IMG/VR virus record: IMGVR_UViG_3300042566_000678
Coordinates: 64,001 to 128,000 of that record
Source of the DNA: a virus
Reading direction: 5' to 3' (one strand)
DNA length: 64,000 nucleotides
Shown here: piece by piece, positions 49,940 through 59,254 of the stretch
Position numbering within the stretch: position 1 is the first letter of the stretch
How the letters are laid out: every line of letters begins with the position of its first letter
Position numbers and translations under genes: made by a program
Notes under the pieces: generated by a model
Database searches by the model: none
The model's input: only the letters and a program-made list of their open reading frames with translations
What the model was told of the DNA's origin: nothing

Positions 49940-51190
49940 CTATTTTAAACTATCTAATTGAGCTACAACCTTTCCATAATTTTCATAAAGGTTACCATAT
50001 ACAATAACCATATTATCTTTATGATTATCTAATACATTCTTAATTGGTAAAGTATGCCCACTAATACCAGCGGATTTCCAATCCCTTTCATTAAGATATG
50101 TAAATATAACCAACCAACGATTAATAGTTTCATCATATGCTACTAAAATATATTGCCCCTCTCTAATACCCTGCCCACCTCGCCATTGTGTAGCTGAAGA
50201 ATTAAAATTCGTTACCTTTATTTCAACTTTATCATCAATATCATTGTGATAAATATCGGGGTCTGTGGCGTGACCATGTGCTGCTCTAACATCATATCCC
50301 TCACTTCGTAATATTTGAGCCCCAATCATCTCTGTTAAGTGAGAAATAATCGCAGAGGTAGAACCTTTAGTAAAATCCTTGTAGGGAAAATAATCTTCAC
50401 CATTAATAACTACTTTACTTTCACGTGTGGAATGGATTAAATTTGAAACTCTATTAAATATACTTTTGAAAATATCAGTAGTGTATATTTCACTCCAATT
50501 TCTATTAGGATTATTTGATTTAACTACTTTTGTTTTATTTCTACCAGTTGCCTCATCCCAAGCAGTTTTTACACTCATATCACCAGAATCAACTAGTGGT
50601 AATAAATCTTTACGCTTTGCTTTAATTTCTTGTAGTTTCTTTATCGTATCACGACTTGTACCCAATTGCTTAATATGTTCATCTTCTTGAGAAGTACTTC
50701 TATTAATAGCAAATTCTTTTACATGGGCCAAATTCATTTGTTCAAACTCATTCAATTTAACAGAGTGAGTCATCTTACGATAGATGTTTGAACTAACCAC
50801 AGATTGTAAAGTTGTATATGGTTCGTTTTCAAAATCAGGATAAGGTTTATCCGAAAATACTACCCAAATTTCGGTGTTAGCAAGTTTTGCAGCTTCAGTC
50901 CTAGTGTGACCAGCATCAATTAAACCATCCTCCCATATAATTACAGGTTGTTCGTTTGCAGTTAATCCCCGCTCAATACGTTTTTTAAAATCTTCTGATA
51001 ATTTTAATTGAGTTGCCTTTTCTTCCTCAATGTTTGTATATATCTCTTTGTTAAGAGGATTTGGAATAAGTAAATTTGGGTCTACAAATATCTTATCTTT
51101 TTTCTTTGTTGTAACTAATTGAATTGTTGTTGGCATTCCTTTTGGGGTTTTTGTAGGTATGGGTGATACCTGTATTTGATTTTTGTTCAT
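49940..51190 (-). CDS. ParB-like N-domain fused to a restriction-endonuclease-like C-domain
   Basis: LIPNPLNKEIY..LIDAGHTRTEAAK; DPDI..VEIKVT. Confidence 0.6.
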   Translation of the reverse strand: MNKNQIQVSPIPTKTPKGMPTTIQLVTTKKKDKIFVDPNLLIPNPLNKEIYTNIEEEKATQLKLSEDFKKRIERGLTANEQPVIIWEDGLIDAGHTRTEAAKLANTEIWVVFSDKPYPDFENEPYTTLQSVVSSNIYRKMTHSVKLNEFEQMNLAHVKEFAINRSTSQEDEHIKQLGTSRDTIKKLQEIKAKRKDLLPLVDSGDMSVKTAWDEATGRNKTKVVKSNNPNRNWSEIYTTDIFKSIFNRVSNLIHSTRESKVVINGEDYFPYKDFTKGSTSAIISHLTEMIGAQILRSEGYDVRAAHGHATDPDIYHNDIDDKVEIKVTNFNSSATQWRGGQGIREGQYILVAYDETINRWLVIFTYLNERDWKSAGISGHTLPIKNVLDNHKDNMVIVYGNLYENYGKVVAQLDSLK

Positions 51191-51238
51191 AATTTATTGT
51201 TTTAAAGTTTAAAATTTATGCTAATATACAACTAATAT

Positions 51239-51793
51239 TTAAGATTTCCTAATAAAATCAACAAAATCTTGTAACTTTTTTTCGTTAATTGGTTTGTAGT
51301 TCGGATTTCTCCATATCGGTTTAGTTGATGAACGTTTCCCATCACACAGATAAAACACCTTATGAATATTACCCTCATCCATATAATACTCGTATGCCTT
51401 ATCACTTACACTATTTTCTAATGCAAGAATAAAAGTAGTTGGTTTGGATGTAACACCATTTAGGATTCTACCAAAATCTGAACTAGCCCTTTCCATAAAA
51501 CATCTATCTAAATATGCTTTACATTCACCAATCTTTTGCATAGTCCCATCTGTATGGTATAGGTGTCTATCTACCTGAAACTTTAAGGAATACCCACTTT
51601 TAGATACGGATTCAATAAAATCATTTTTCTTTGATTCACCACCGATTTCAGTTTTCCAAATCAAATCTAACAATCCTTCTACCACCTCTTTCATAGTGGA
51701 ACGAACCATACCCATTTCGCCTTTGTTGGCGTAAGACCTTGCCATTCCGACATTATCTTCGTAATACTTAATGTAAGTTTGTAAGTTGCTCAT
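51239..51793 (-). CDS. Putative PD-(D/E)XK restriction-like endonuclease
   Basis: QVDRH...IGECKAYLD. Confidence 0.55.
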   Translation of the reverse strand: MSNLQTYIKYYEDNVGMARSYANKGEMGMVRSTMKEVVEGLLDLIWKTEIGGESKKNDFIESVSKSGYSLKFQVDRHLYHTDGTMQKIGECKAYLDRCFMERASSDFGRILNGVTSKPTTFILALENSVSDKAYEYYMDEGNIHKVFYLCDGKRSSTKPIWRNPNYKPINEKKLQDFVDFIRKS

Positions 51794-51794
51794 A

Positions 51795-52070
51795 TTAATA
51801 AGATTTTATGTTTTCTTCGTGATAAGTTGTGGTTTTACCGCTACTATTTTGTTGTGTTGTTATGGTTTCACCTCTACTTGTAAAGTAATGAAAATGCATT
51901 CCATCATAAAAACGATACATTTTCACACCATCTTTCTCAAAAAGATATTCTACCTCAAACCCATCATCTTTACCAACACGTTCCTTTGACATTGGTTCGT
52001 TAGTACAAGCCCCAAACAACATAGCACCTAGTACTATGATTGTTATGTAAATCGCTAATATCTTTTTCAT
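51795..52070 (-). CDS. DUF4884-like lipoprotein
   Basis: Lipobox FGAC; VEYLFEKDGVKMYRFYD..HYFT. Confidence 0.7.
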   Translation of the reverse strand: MKKILAIYITIIVLGAMLFGACTNEPMSKERVGKDDGFEVEYLFEKDGVKMYRFYDGMHFHYFTSRGETITTQQNSSGKTTTYHEENIKSY

Positions 52071-52071
52071 A

Positions 52072-52527
52072 TTACCAAGATGAAGAGTAATAGTAATCAT
52101 CAGCATTAGTATCACTCAATGCTTCCTCTAAAATCTCAATTGTGTTTTCAATATCTTTGTAGTACCACTCATCGTATTCAGTACCACCAAAGAAGAAACC
52201 ACTTGCAGTTGGTAATAATTCTTCTGCCAATGAATTATCGTTTAGGATTTTCTTACATATATCCAATAATTCTTGCAACTTATCTAAACTTACATAATAC
52301 TCACTACAATTATCCACACCATTTTGCACATTCTCTACGAACCATTGGTGAATTTGGTTTGCTTTACGCCAATAACCAACCTCTTCAATAACATAAGTAA
52401 CACGTTTTGGGTCAATCTTTATAGATTCACCACCTTTGGTCACTTCCACTTTGTACTGCTCTTCTGGTGTTTGATGCTCCCATTGTCTAACATAGGTACG
52501 CTTCTCTAAATACATGTCTAATCCCAT
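52072..52527 (-). CDS. Conserved phage hypothetical protein
   Basis: MGLDMYL..YWRKANQIHQWF..GFFFG..YYYSSSW. Confidence 0.75.
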   Translation of the reverse strand: MGLDMYLEKRTYVRQWEHQTPEEQYKVEVTKGGESIKIDPKRVTYVIEEVGYWRKANQIHQWFVENVQNGVDNCSEYYVSLDKLQELLDICKKILNDNSLAEELLPTASGFFFGGTEYDEWYYKDIENTIEILEEALSDTNADDYYYSSSW

Positions 52528-52545
52528 TGTTTTATTTTTTAAAGT

Positions 52546-53607
52546 TTATAAATAATTTTTAATAACTGAAACTACATTTTCTATTCTATTGTAAAGTGCC
52601 TTATCTATCTTTGCACCTCTAGCTACTTCAAGTAAATCATCGTAAAGGTAGCCATCATATAATCCGTATAACATATTCATAAGGTCAAAGCCAGTATTGA
52701 AATCAACCTCTTTAATAATATCCATAATTTCACCTAGCGTTGTTGGTGTCATATTGGCATGTCTATCAAATTTAATGTAACTCATATCTTATTTGTTTTG
52801 ATTGTCTAACTCAATAATTTCTGGTCCGTATTTGATGAACCGCTTTTTGGAATTGAAAATCTTAATTGCTTTCTCTTTTGAGGGAGCGGAGATGAAGATT
52901 TGTTCATCATCGAAATCGTTGTAACCCGGCACCCAGCCGTAATAATTAAATTGGTAATTTTTCATAACTTTTATATTTTATTCTTCACAAACCGTAAACT
53001 CAATTGCTGGTCCAAAGTCCCAAATCCCCCCACTAACACCCATCCAATTGTAAGATGGTTCTAATATCGTTCTAACTTTCTCTCTATCTATGGAATCAAA
53101 CTGAATCTCATACTCATGTGGTTGAGTGAGGTACTCACCGATTGCGTTGATGATTTCTTTACGAGAAGCAATTGGATACATACCAGTCTTTTTATTGTAA
53201 AAATCATTACAATACTCAATGAACATAGTAAGTTCATTTAAAAAGTTTCTTTGAACTTGCATTGGAATTGGGGCTTCATTCATCATATCTTTGTTGTTTT
53301 ATGTTTAACTCTTATTACTCTATAAAGGTACGCAAAATAAATGAGAAAGTCAAGTCTTTTCTCAAATATTTTTTAATTATTTTAATCGGTACATAAATAA
53401 ATGCCCACAATCATCATCATAATCTACATCTTCTACAACCTCATTCATACCACCGATAATGGATTGTAATTTATCCACATCAACGCTTCTCCAATAACCA
53501 AATCGGAAATACACATCGTAACTACCACCAAAAACTTGTTTGATTTCAAAATCACCAAACTCTGCTTCAATCTTTTTTAATGTTGAAATACCTAATCCAT
53601 TTCTCAT
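52546..53607 (-). other. Small early-type hypothetical CDSs (52546-52785, ~52789-52965, 52978-53286, 53377-53607)
   Basis: Small ORFs downstream of repeated strong promoters. Confidence 0.65.
53298..53365 (-). promoter_or_regulatory. Early-type promoter
   Basis: TTGACT at 53353-53348, N17, TACCTTTA at 53330-53323. Confidence 0.8.
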
Positions 53608-53617
53608 ATCTGTATTT

Positions 53618-53690
53618 GTTTATGTTTAACTTTTATTACATAGTAAAGGTACGCAATTTTTATCACAATGTCAAGTCTTTTCCAAAATAT
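53618..53690 (-). promoter_or_regulatory. Early-type promoter
   Basis: TTGACA at 53674-53669, N17, TACCTTTA at 53651-53644. Confidence 0.85.
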
Positions 53691-53726
53691 TTTTTTGATA
53701 TATTTATATATACATTCGGGGGTTAT

Positions 53727-53885
53727 ATGAAATCATTATTTACAAAAGCATTAGTTTATTCAATTGGAACAATTGTAGTTTCAGCTGCGGTATTTAGTAT
53801 TACTATGGCAGGGTTGAACCTTGCTGGTAAGACAGATGTTACAAAGCAAGTTATTGAAGAAATGGATGAAGTTTTAGGAATCTAA
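53727..53885 (+). CDS. Small single-TM protein, the only credible + strand gene
   Basis: MKSLFTKALVYSIGTIVVSAAVFSITMAGL..; TATTTATA at 53701; fills an otherwise empty gap. Confidence 0.65.
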   Translation: MKSLFTKALVYSIGTIVVSAAVFSITMAGLNLAGKTDVTKQVIEEMDEVLGI

Positions 53886-55462
53886 AGCATCAATCTAGAA
53901 CCTATTAAGAAATTACTTAATATCGGTGCTCCAGCAGCAGTTGATGTGTTTATCTTATAGTTGAAACTCAAACCAAACTTTTTGGATAATTTATAATCTA
54001 CGGATGTTCCTAATAGGAATCCAACATTAGTAGTATAACTAACCTCACCCTTTGCAGTATTTAAACTTGCACCAGGAGTCATTACAAACACCTGTGGTGA
54101 TAGAGTAAGTTTCTTTGATTTCTGATATGGTTTAGTCCAAAATACAACTGCTGAACTACTCATACTATAATCCTTACCGATAAATAAATTTACCAAACCT
54201 AAATTGTAACCATATACACCATACTTTGGATTTGGTATAATATGTGTAAATCCAGCCAATGCCATATAGTTACCAGATAGGTATGCAGTAGTTACTGAAT
54301 AGGAGTTCATAGAAGCCATCTTTCCATCCTTAAAGTTCATCTTTGTTACACCACCACTCAAAGCAAACTGCTTCAATGTAGACCATACCATAGAGTTTAA
54401 TGAATAGGTTACATTACCTGCTGCCGATGAACGTGATATACCATTAGTAAGTATAGCTGCGAACTCACCAGGTGAACCTTCTACTACGCTTAAATCAGAT
54501 GCTATTAATAGTGGATTTATTGGTGCTACTTTTTGTTTTTTCTCTTCTTTTTTTTCCTCTTTCTTTTCTTCCTTTTTTTCTTCTTTTTTAGATTCTTCTT
54601 TCTTTTCTTCCTTTTTAGATTCCGATTTAGATTCTTCTTTCTTTTCCTCACTCTTACTTTCAGATTTGCTTTCTGATTTGGATTCAGATTTGGATTCAGC
54701 TTTTGCTTCGGTTTTAGTTTCCGTTTTACTTTCAGATGATGAAGATGAACTATTGGATGATGAACTACTACTACCACCGGCCGATGGAGATGATGAACTA
54801 CTTGCTGGCGCTGGTGCGGATGATGCGGCAGGTGCTGGTGCTGAAGTAGTTGGTGTTGGTGGTGGAGGTGGAACTGCCGCCGATGCAGCTCCACTAGCTG
54901 CTCCACTCGCTGCCGAACTAGCCGCTCCACTTGCTGCCCCACTTGCCGCTGAACTTGCTGCTCCACTCGCTGCATTTGAGGCCGCTGAACTGGCTGCCGA
55001 TGAAGCTGCTGAACTTGCTGCACTACTTGCGGCAGAACTCGCTGCCGATGAAGCTGCTGAACTCGCTGCTTGGGATGCTGCACTACTTGCGGCTTGAGCT
55101 GCTGCCGCTGATGCGGCTTGTGTAGCTGCTTGGGCTGCTGCTTGCTGAACTGCCTGATTTACCGTTTGTTGAACTGTCTGTTGAACTACTATTGTTGCCG
55201 TTTGGCATCCTTGTGCGGAGTATGCAGTATAAACTGTCTGTAACCATATTCGCATTGCACCACTTTGAACTTCATCTGGTGAGAATACTCTCATCTGGTC
55301 ATAGAATGATACAAATGCACTTCCGTTGACATAAGTAGTAGTGGCAAGTTTTACCTCACCACTACACTTGTCAATAAATGTTTGTGTAAATGTTTGTCCT
55401 TTAGCTTTGGAAGCTAGACAAAAGATAAATAATACACTTAATAATATTCTTAAACTTTTCAA
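53882..55462 (-). CDS. Secreted protein with Ala/Ser-Pro-Glu/Lys repeat stalk and C-terminal beta-barrel
   Basis: Signal peptide AKG-Q; (AASS/AASG)n, PPPPP, (ESKS)n, (EEKK)n; amphipathic strands. Confidence 0.7.
   Translation of the reverse strand: MKSLRILLSVLFIFCLASKAKGQTFTQTFIDKCSGEVKLATTTYVNGSAFVSFYDQMRVFSPDEVQSGAMRIWLQTVYTAYSAQGCQTATIVVQQTVQQTVNQAVQQAAAQAATQAASAAAAQAASSAASQAASSAASSAASSAASSAASSAASSAASSAASNAASGAASSAASGAASGAASSAASGAASGAASAAVPPPPPTPTTSAPAPAASSAPAPASSSSSPSAGGSSSSSSNSSSSSSESKTETKTEAKAESKSESKSESKSESKSEEKKEESKSESKKEEKKEESKKEEKKEEKKEEKKEEKKQKVAPINPLLIASDLSVVEGSPGEFAAILTNGISRSSAAGNVTYSLNSMVWSTLKQFALSGGVTKMNFKDGKMASMNSYSVTTAYLSGNYMALAGFTHIIPNPKYGVYGYNLGLVNLFIGKDYSMSSSAVVFWTKPYQKSKKLTLSPQVFVMTPGASLNTAKGEVSYTTNVGFLLGTSVDYKLSKKFGLSFNYKINTSTAAGAPILSNFLIGSRLML
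54530..55150 (-). repeat. Coding low-complexity tandem repeats
   Basis: 12-nt periodic repeats encoding AASS/AASG, ESKS and EEKK. Confidence 0.85.
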
Positions 55463-55495
55463 CCATCTGATATTTGCTACTTATATAAATATCAA

Positions 55496-56692
55496 TTAGT
55501 TTCCTTTTGTTGGAAATTTTGTCCAATCATTTGTCCACATTGGTTTATCCATTGTAGGTATTATCACATCCACTTCTTTATTACTCTTTGAAAGTGCAAG
55601 AGTTTTTAATTGGTCATTTGTTAGGATTGTAGTTGCTTTACTGATAAAGTTTAGTGTAGGGTTAAACGTTCCTACTGAATTGTTTTCAAATACTGAAATT
55701 CCATCTTTCACAAATTGTGCGGTTTCATTACTTTCCAAACTTAATCCACCTTTCATCCATCCCCAAATTACACTATTCTTCATTGTGAATTGTGTTGCTC
55801 TTCTAAATCTTAAACCTAAATTATGGTTTGATAATGCAGTAGATGTATTCGGTCCAATCAAAATCATATTATAAAGTTTTGGATGTGTGAATGGAGTTGC
55901 AGATGAACCTGTTCCATCATTATCACATTCTACACCATTTCCTGCATCACCATTATCTACGAATTGTGGGTCTCTCTTTGCTACACCATTTGTGATTGTT
56001 CCAGTGAATCCAAAATCAAAATCAAAATCATCATCTGCGGTTGCAAATGCATATAAGTTTTTAGGTGATACAGTCCCACCAAAGAACTCAAATGCATCAT
56101 CGTTAGCGTAGATAGTTTGTACATTCTCAATGATTGTACCACTACCAACTCCACCTAATGTTAGTGCGTTGATTTCAGAGTTTGGCATTGCTGCAACTCC
56201 TGCGTATTCTATTCTTACATATTTTAGAATACCACTATTATCCAAATCGTTTGTTCCACCAAACGCTCTACCAATACCACCTTCGATTGTTGGTTCGGAT
56301 GTTCTATTGGTTTTTGCTCTACCCAATATTACAATACCACCCCAATCGCCAGGTGTTCTTTCACCGACTGCTCTACCCGATGTGAATACAATTGGTTTTG
56401 CCGAAGTTCCTTCTGCTATAATTTGTGCTCCTCTTTCGATACACAATGCACCTTTCTCACTTATATCTGATTTGATTATTGTACCCGGCTGAATGATAAG
56501 TTTTGCACCATCGGTTACATATACATATCCTTTTAATATCCACTCTTTATCAGCGGTTAGGGTTGTAGTTGCTGAAATGTTTCCACTTAAAGTTGTAGTT
56601 GATGGTACATTTATTGGAGTAACTTCTCCACCCAATTCTTTTGAACATCCAAAGATTGTTAAACTTGCAAATAATACTAATAATTTTTTCAT
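55496..56692 (-). CDS. Beta-helix lipoprotein of the TonB-receptor-associated type
   Basis: Lipobox IFGC; PIVFTS, GDWGGIVILG, YVRIEYAG, EINALTLGGVGSGT, DDAFEFFGG, DDDFDFDFG. Confidence 0.8.
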   Translation of the reverse strand: MKKLLVLFASLTIFGCSKELGGEVTPINVPSTTTLSGNISATTTLTADKEWILKGYVYVTDGAKLIIQPGTIIKSDISEKGALCIERGAQIIAEGTSAKPIVFTSGRAVGERTPGDWGGIVILGRAKTNRTSEPTIEGGIGRAFGGTNDLDNSGILKYVRIEYAGVAAMPNSEINALTLGGVGSGTIIENVQTIYANDDAFEFFGGTVSPKNLYAFATADDDFDFDFGFTGTITNGVAKRDPQFVDNGDAGNGVECDNDGTGSSATPFTHPKLYNMILIGPNTSTALSNHNLGLRFRRATQFTMKNSVIWGWMKGGLSLESNETAQFVKDGISVFENNSVGTFNPTLNFISKATTILTNDQLKTLALSKSNKEVDVIIPTMDKPMWTNDWTKFPTKGN

Positions 56693-59172
56693 AGGTTGTA
56701 ATTTAGTGTTAGTGAAATTGTTGTTTCGTTGTTTGTTTTAATTAAGGTACGATTTGGTTTTTGGTAATACTTAAATGGTTGTCTGAATATATCCGATACT
56801 GCTAATTTAATTTCTCCGTTTTTAATCTTACGAAGTAGAACTATATCCACCACATCACGAGAGTTTTCGAATATATCAGGATACCCTTGGAAACCAACTG
56901 CTGATATTCTATCTCCTACTCTATTGTATGATATGTTAAATGTGTTATTATTTTTGTGTAAGTTTAATCCACCATTTACTACATAGTTTGATTGCCCTTG
57001 CAATTGTCTTTTTACTGAACCTATTTGGACTTCCGAATTGATGAACGATGTGTTTGAGTATAAATCTAACCACTCATTTAATTTCTTACGAAGTTCTATC
57101 TCTACCCCATAAACTAATGCTTCTTTTGGGTTTTTGTATGTTAGTAAAAGGTTTGATGGAACTGAACCATCTGCTACTACTTGCTCAATTGGATTGAAGA
57201 ACTTTTTACCAAAGAAACCAATTGATATATTTTCACCTGATTTAGGATACAACTCAAACTTTATATCTGAATTGAATATATCAGTCTTTTGTAAGTTTGG
57301 ATTTCCCAATAGTTGTGCGTTTCTTACAAAATCATAATAAGCAAAGTTTGCTACCTCTCTGAACTCCGGTCTTGCTAATGTTTTACTTACGGATAATCTA
57401 ACCTTTGTTTTTTCCGATGTTGAATATGTTGCGTTTAATGATGGTAGTAAATCAAAGTATTCTCTATCTACTGAAATCTTCTGTCCACCAAAATCAGATG
57501 TTTGTACTTTGAATAAATTGTACTCCGTTCTGAAACCAGTGTTTATCTTTAACTTATCAATTTCTTTTTCGTACATCACATATCCATTTGCCAAATCAAA
57601 ATCAGCAGTATATCTATCCGTATTGTTTGTGATTTCGTTTAACATATCCAATGCTTCGTATCTGAATATTCTTGCTTTGAAGTTTCTTAATTTCTTCAAG
57701 TAACCCACTCCTAAACGAATATCTCCTATGGATTTGTTTAATCCCCCATTGAATGAGTTTTCATCCATTACACTCCAAAAACGGTAGGTGTCTCTCCACG
57801 CTATTGTGTAAGGTGTTGTTGTGTATAAAGATGATATGAATGGAGTTACTCTATAATCGGGTTGGTCTCTCAACATAAGGTTGTATCCTACATTAAAATC
57901 CCAAGTCTTAAATTTACCTTCGAATTGTGTATTGATTACTGCTTTTTGAATTGAGTTTGATGATTTACTATCCACATACTGAACATTATCATAGTTCTCA
58001 CCAACTCTACTTAAAAACGATGATTCGGTTTGGTAGTTAGCAAGTGTTTTCCAACTATAACGATTCTCTCCCAAATACACTATGTTTAACAATCCGTTTA
58101 ATGATTGTACATTTGAATAGTTTTGGTCTTTGTATTTGTATGCTAATTCCGTTGATGATTGGTAATCAATTCTTTCGGTTGTGTTGGCTGAATATGTATT
58201 TCTTGCAGTTGAACTGAATAAGATGTTCCATTTGTTTTTCACCACACCAAATGATAAACTACCATTTAAGTTTGGGATAGATGTTGATGTTTCAGTTTGT
58301 GGTGAACCTATTAGTTTTGTGTATGCTCTTCTATCACCATTACTGCCAATTCGGAATGTATTTGTTGATGGAAATGTTTTTGGGAATTGTATAGGGTCTA
58401 CCAACCTAAAATCCTGTCCAGTTGATAGTGAACCCCAACTTCCTCCCAATGATATATTAAGGAAATCACCACTAACTTCCTTTGTTGTAATTTGTACCAA
58501 ACCTCCTGCGAAATCACCCGGTAAGTTTGCAGATGCTCCTTTGTTGATGATGATATTATCTATAAGTGATGTTGGGATAATATCAAATGAGAATGCTCTC
58601 CTATCGGGTTCGGTTGATGGTAGGATTGATTTGTTTAGTAGAGCCGAGTTGTATCTATCAGCTAAACCTCTAACTAAAACAAACTTATCGTTTTGGATTG
58701 TTACTCCACTAACTCGTTTAAGTGCATCACCAACAGTTCTATCTGGTGTTTTCTTTATTGATTCAATTGATAAACCATCTGCTACAATGTAAGATGCTTT
58801 AAGTGTGTTGATAAGTGCAGATGCGGTTTCTTTCTTTGCAACTTGCTTTACCACAACTTCTTGCAACAATTTAGTATCCTCTTCTAATTGAATATCTAAA
58901 TTAGTTGTTGTATCAATTGTAATATCTTTGTTGTATTCTTTATATCCAACAAAAGATGCTTTTACTGAATAGTTTCCTTTTGCTATATTGGTAAATTGAT
59001 ATTTGGATTCAATATCAGATGTTGTTCCTGCTTTCTTATTTGTTGTATTATTGGTAAGCCAAATTGTTACACCTATAAGTTCTTCTTTGTTTGATTTTAC
59101 TTTACCTGAAAGGTTTTGAGAGAAAATTTGATGTGAAAGTAACAGAATTGATAATAAAAATAGTTTCCTCAT
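56689..59172 (-). CDS. TonB-dependent receptor
   Basis: Signal peptide, CarboxypepD-like N-domain, LQEVVV, plug DALKRVSGVTI..VRGLADRYN, LLPSLN, RPEFRE, GNPNL. Confidence 0.93.
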   Translation of the reverse strand: MRKLFLLSILLLSHQIFSQNLSGKVKSNKEELIGVTIWLTNNTTNKKAGTTSDIESKYQFTNIAKGNYSVKASFVGYKEYNKDITIDTTTNLDIQLEEDTKLLQEVVVKQVAKKETASALINTLKASYIVADGLSIESIKKTPDRTVGDALKRVSGVTIQNDKFVLVRGLADRYNSALLNKSILPSTEPDRRAFSFDIIPTSLIDNIIINKGASANLPGDFAGGLVQITTKEVSGDFLNISLGGSWGSLSTGQDFRLVDPIQFPKTFPSTNTFRIGSNGDRRAYTKLIGSPQTETSTSIPNLNGSLSFGVVKNKWNILFSSTARNTYSANTTERIDYQSSTELAYKYKDQNYSNVQSLNGLLNIVYLGENRYSWKTLANYQTESSFLSRVGENYDNVQYVDSKSSNSIQKAVINTQFEGKFKTWDFNVGYNLMLRDQPDYRVTPFISSLYTTTPYTIAWRDTYRFWSVMDENSFNGGLNKSIGDIRLGVGYLKKLRNFKARIFRYEALDMLNEITNNTDRYTADFDLANGYVMYEKEIDKLKINTGFRTEYNLFKVQTSDFGGQKISVDREYFDLLPSLNATYSTSEKTKVRLSVSKTLARPEFREVANFAYYDFVRNAQLLGNPNLQKTDIFNSDIKFELYPKSGENISIGFFGKKFFNPIEQVVADGSVPSNLLLTYKNPKEALVYGVEIELRKKLNEWLDLYSNTSFINSEVQIGSVKRQLQGQSNYVVNGGLNLHKNNNTFNISYNRVGDRISAVGFQGYPDIFENSRDVVDIVLLRKIKNGEIKLAVSDIFRQPFKYYQKPNRTLIKTNNETTISLTLNYNL

Positions 59173-59223
59173 TATTGTTTTTTTAGTTCAACAATAAGTA
59201 GGAAACTATCTTATTAAAATACC

Positions 59224-59248
59224 ATTTCGTATGTTACGAAATTGTTAA
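59224..59248 (-). promoter_or_regulatory. Pho-box-like direct repeat overlapping an inverted repeat
   Basis: TTAACA-N5-GTAACA (11-bp period); ATTTCGTA-N3-TACGAAAT. Confidence 0.5.
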
Positions 59249-59254
59249 ATTATA

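Noticed and set aside
54526-55083. 185-aa Gln/Arg/Lys-rich - strand ORF
   Set aside because: It is an alternate frame of the repeat region in 53882-55462 and is open only because of low complexity.
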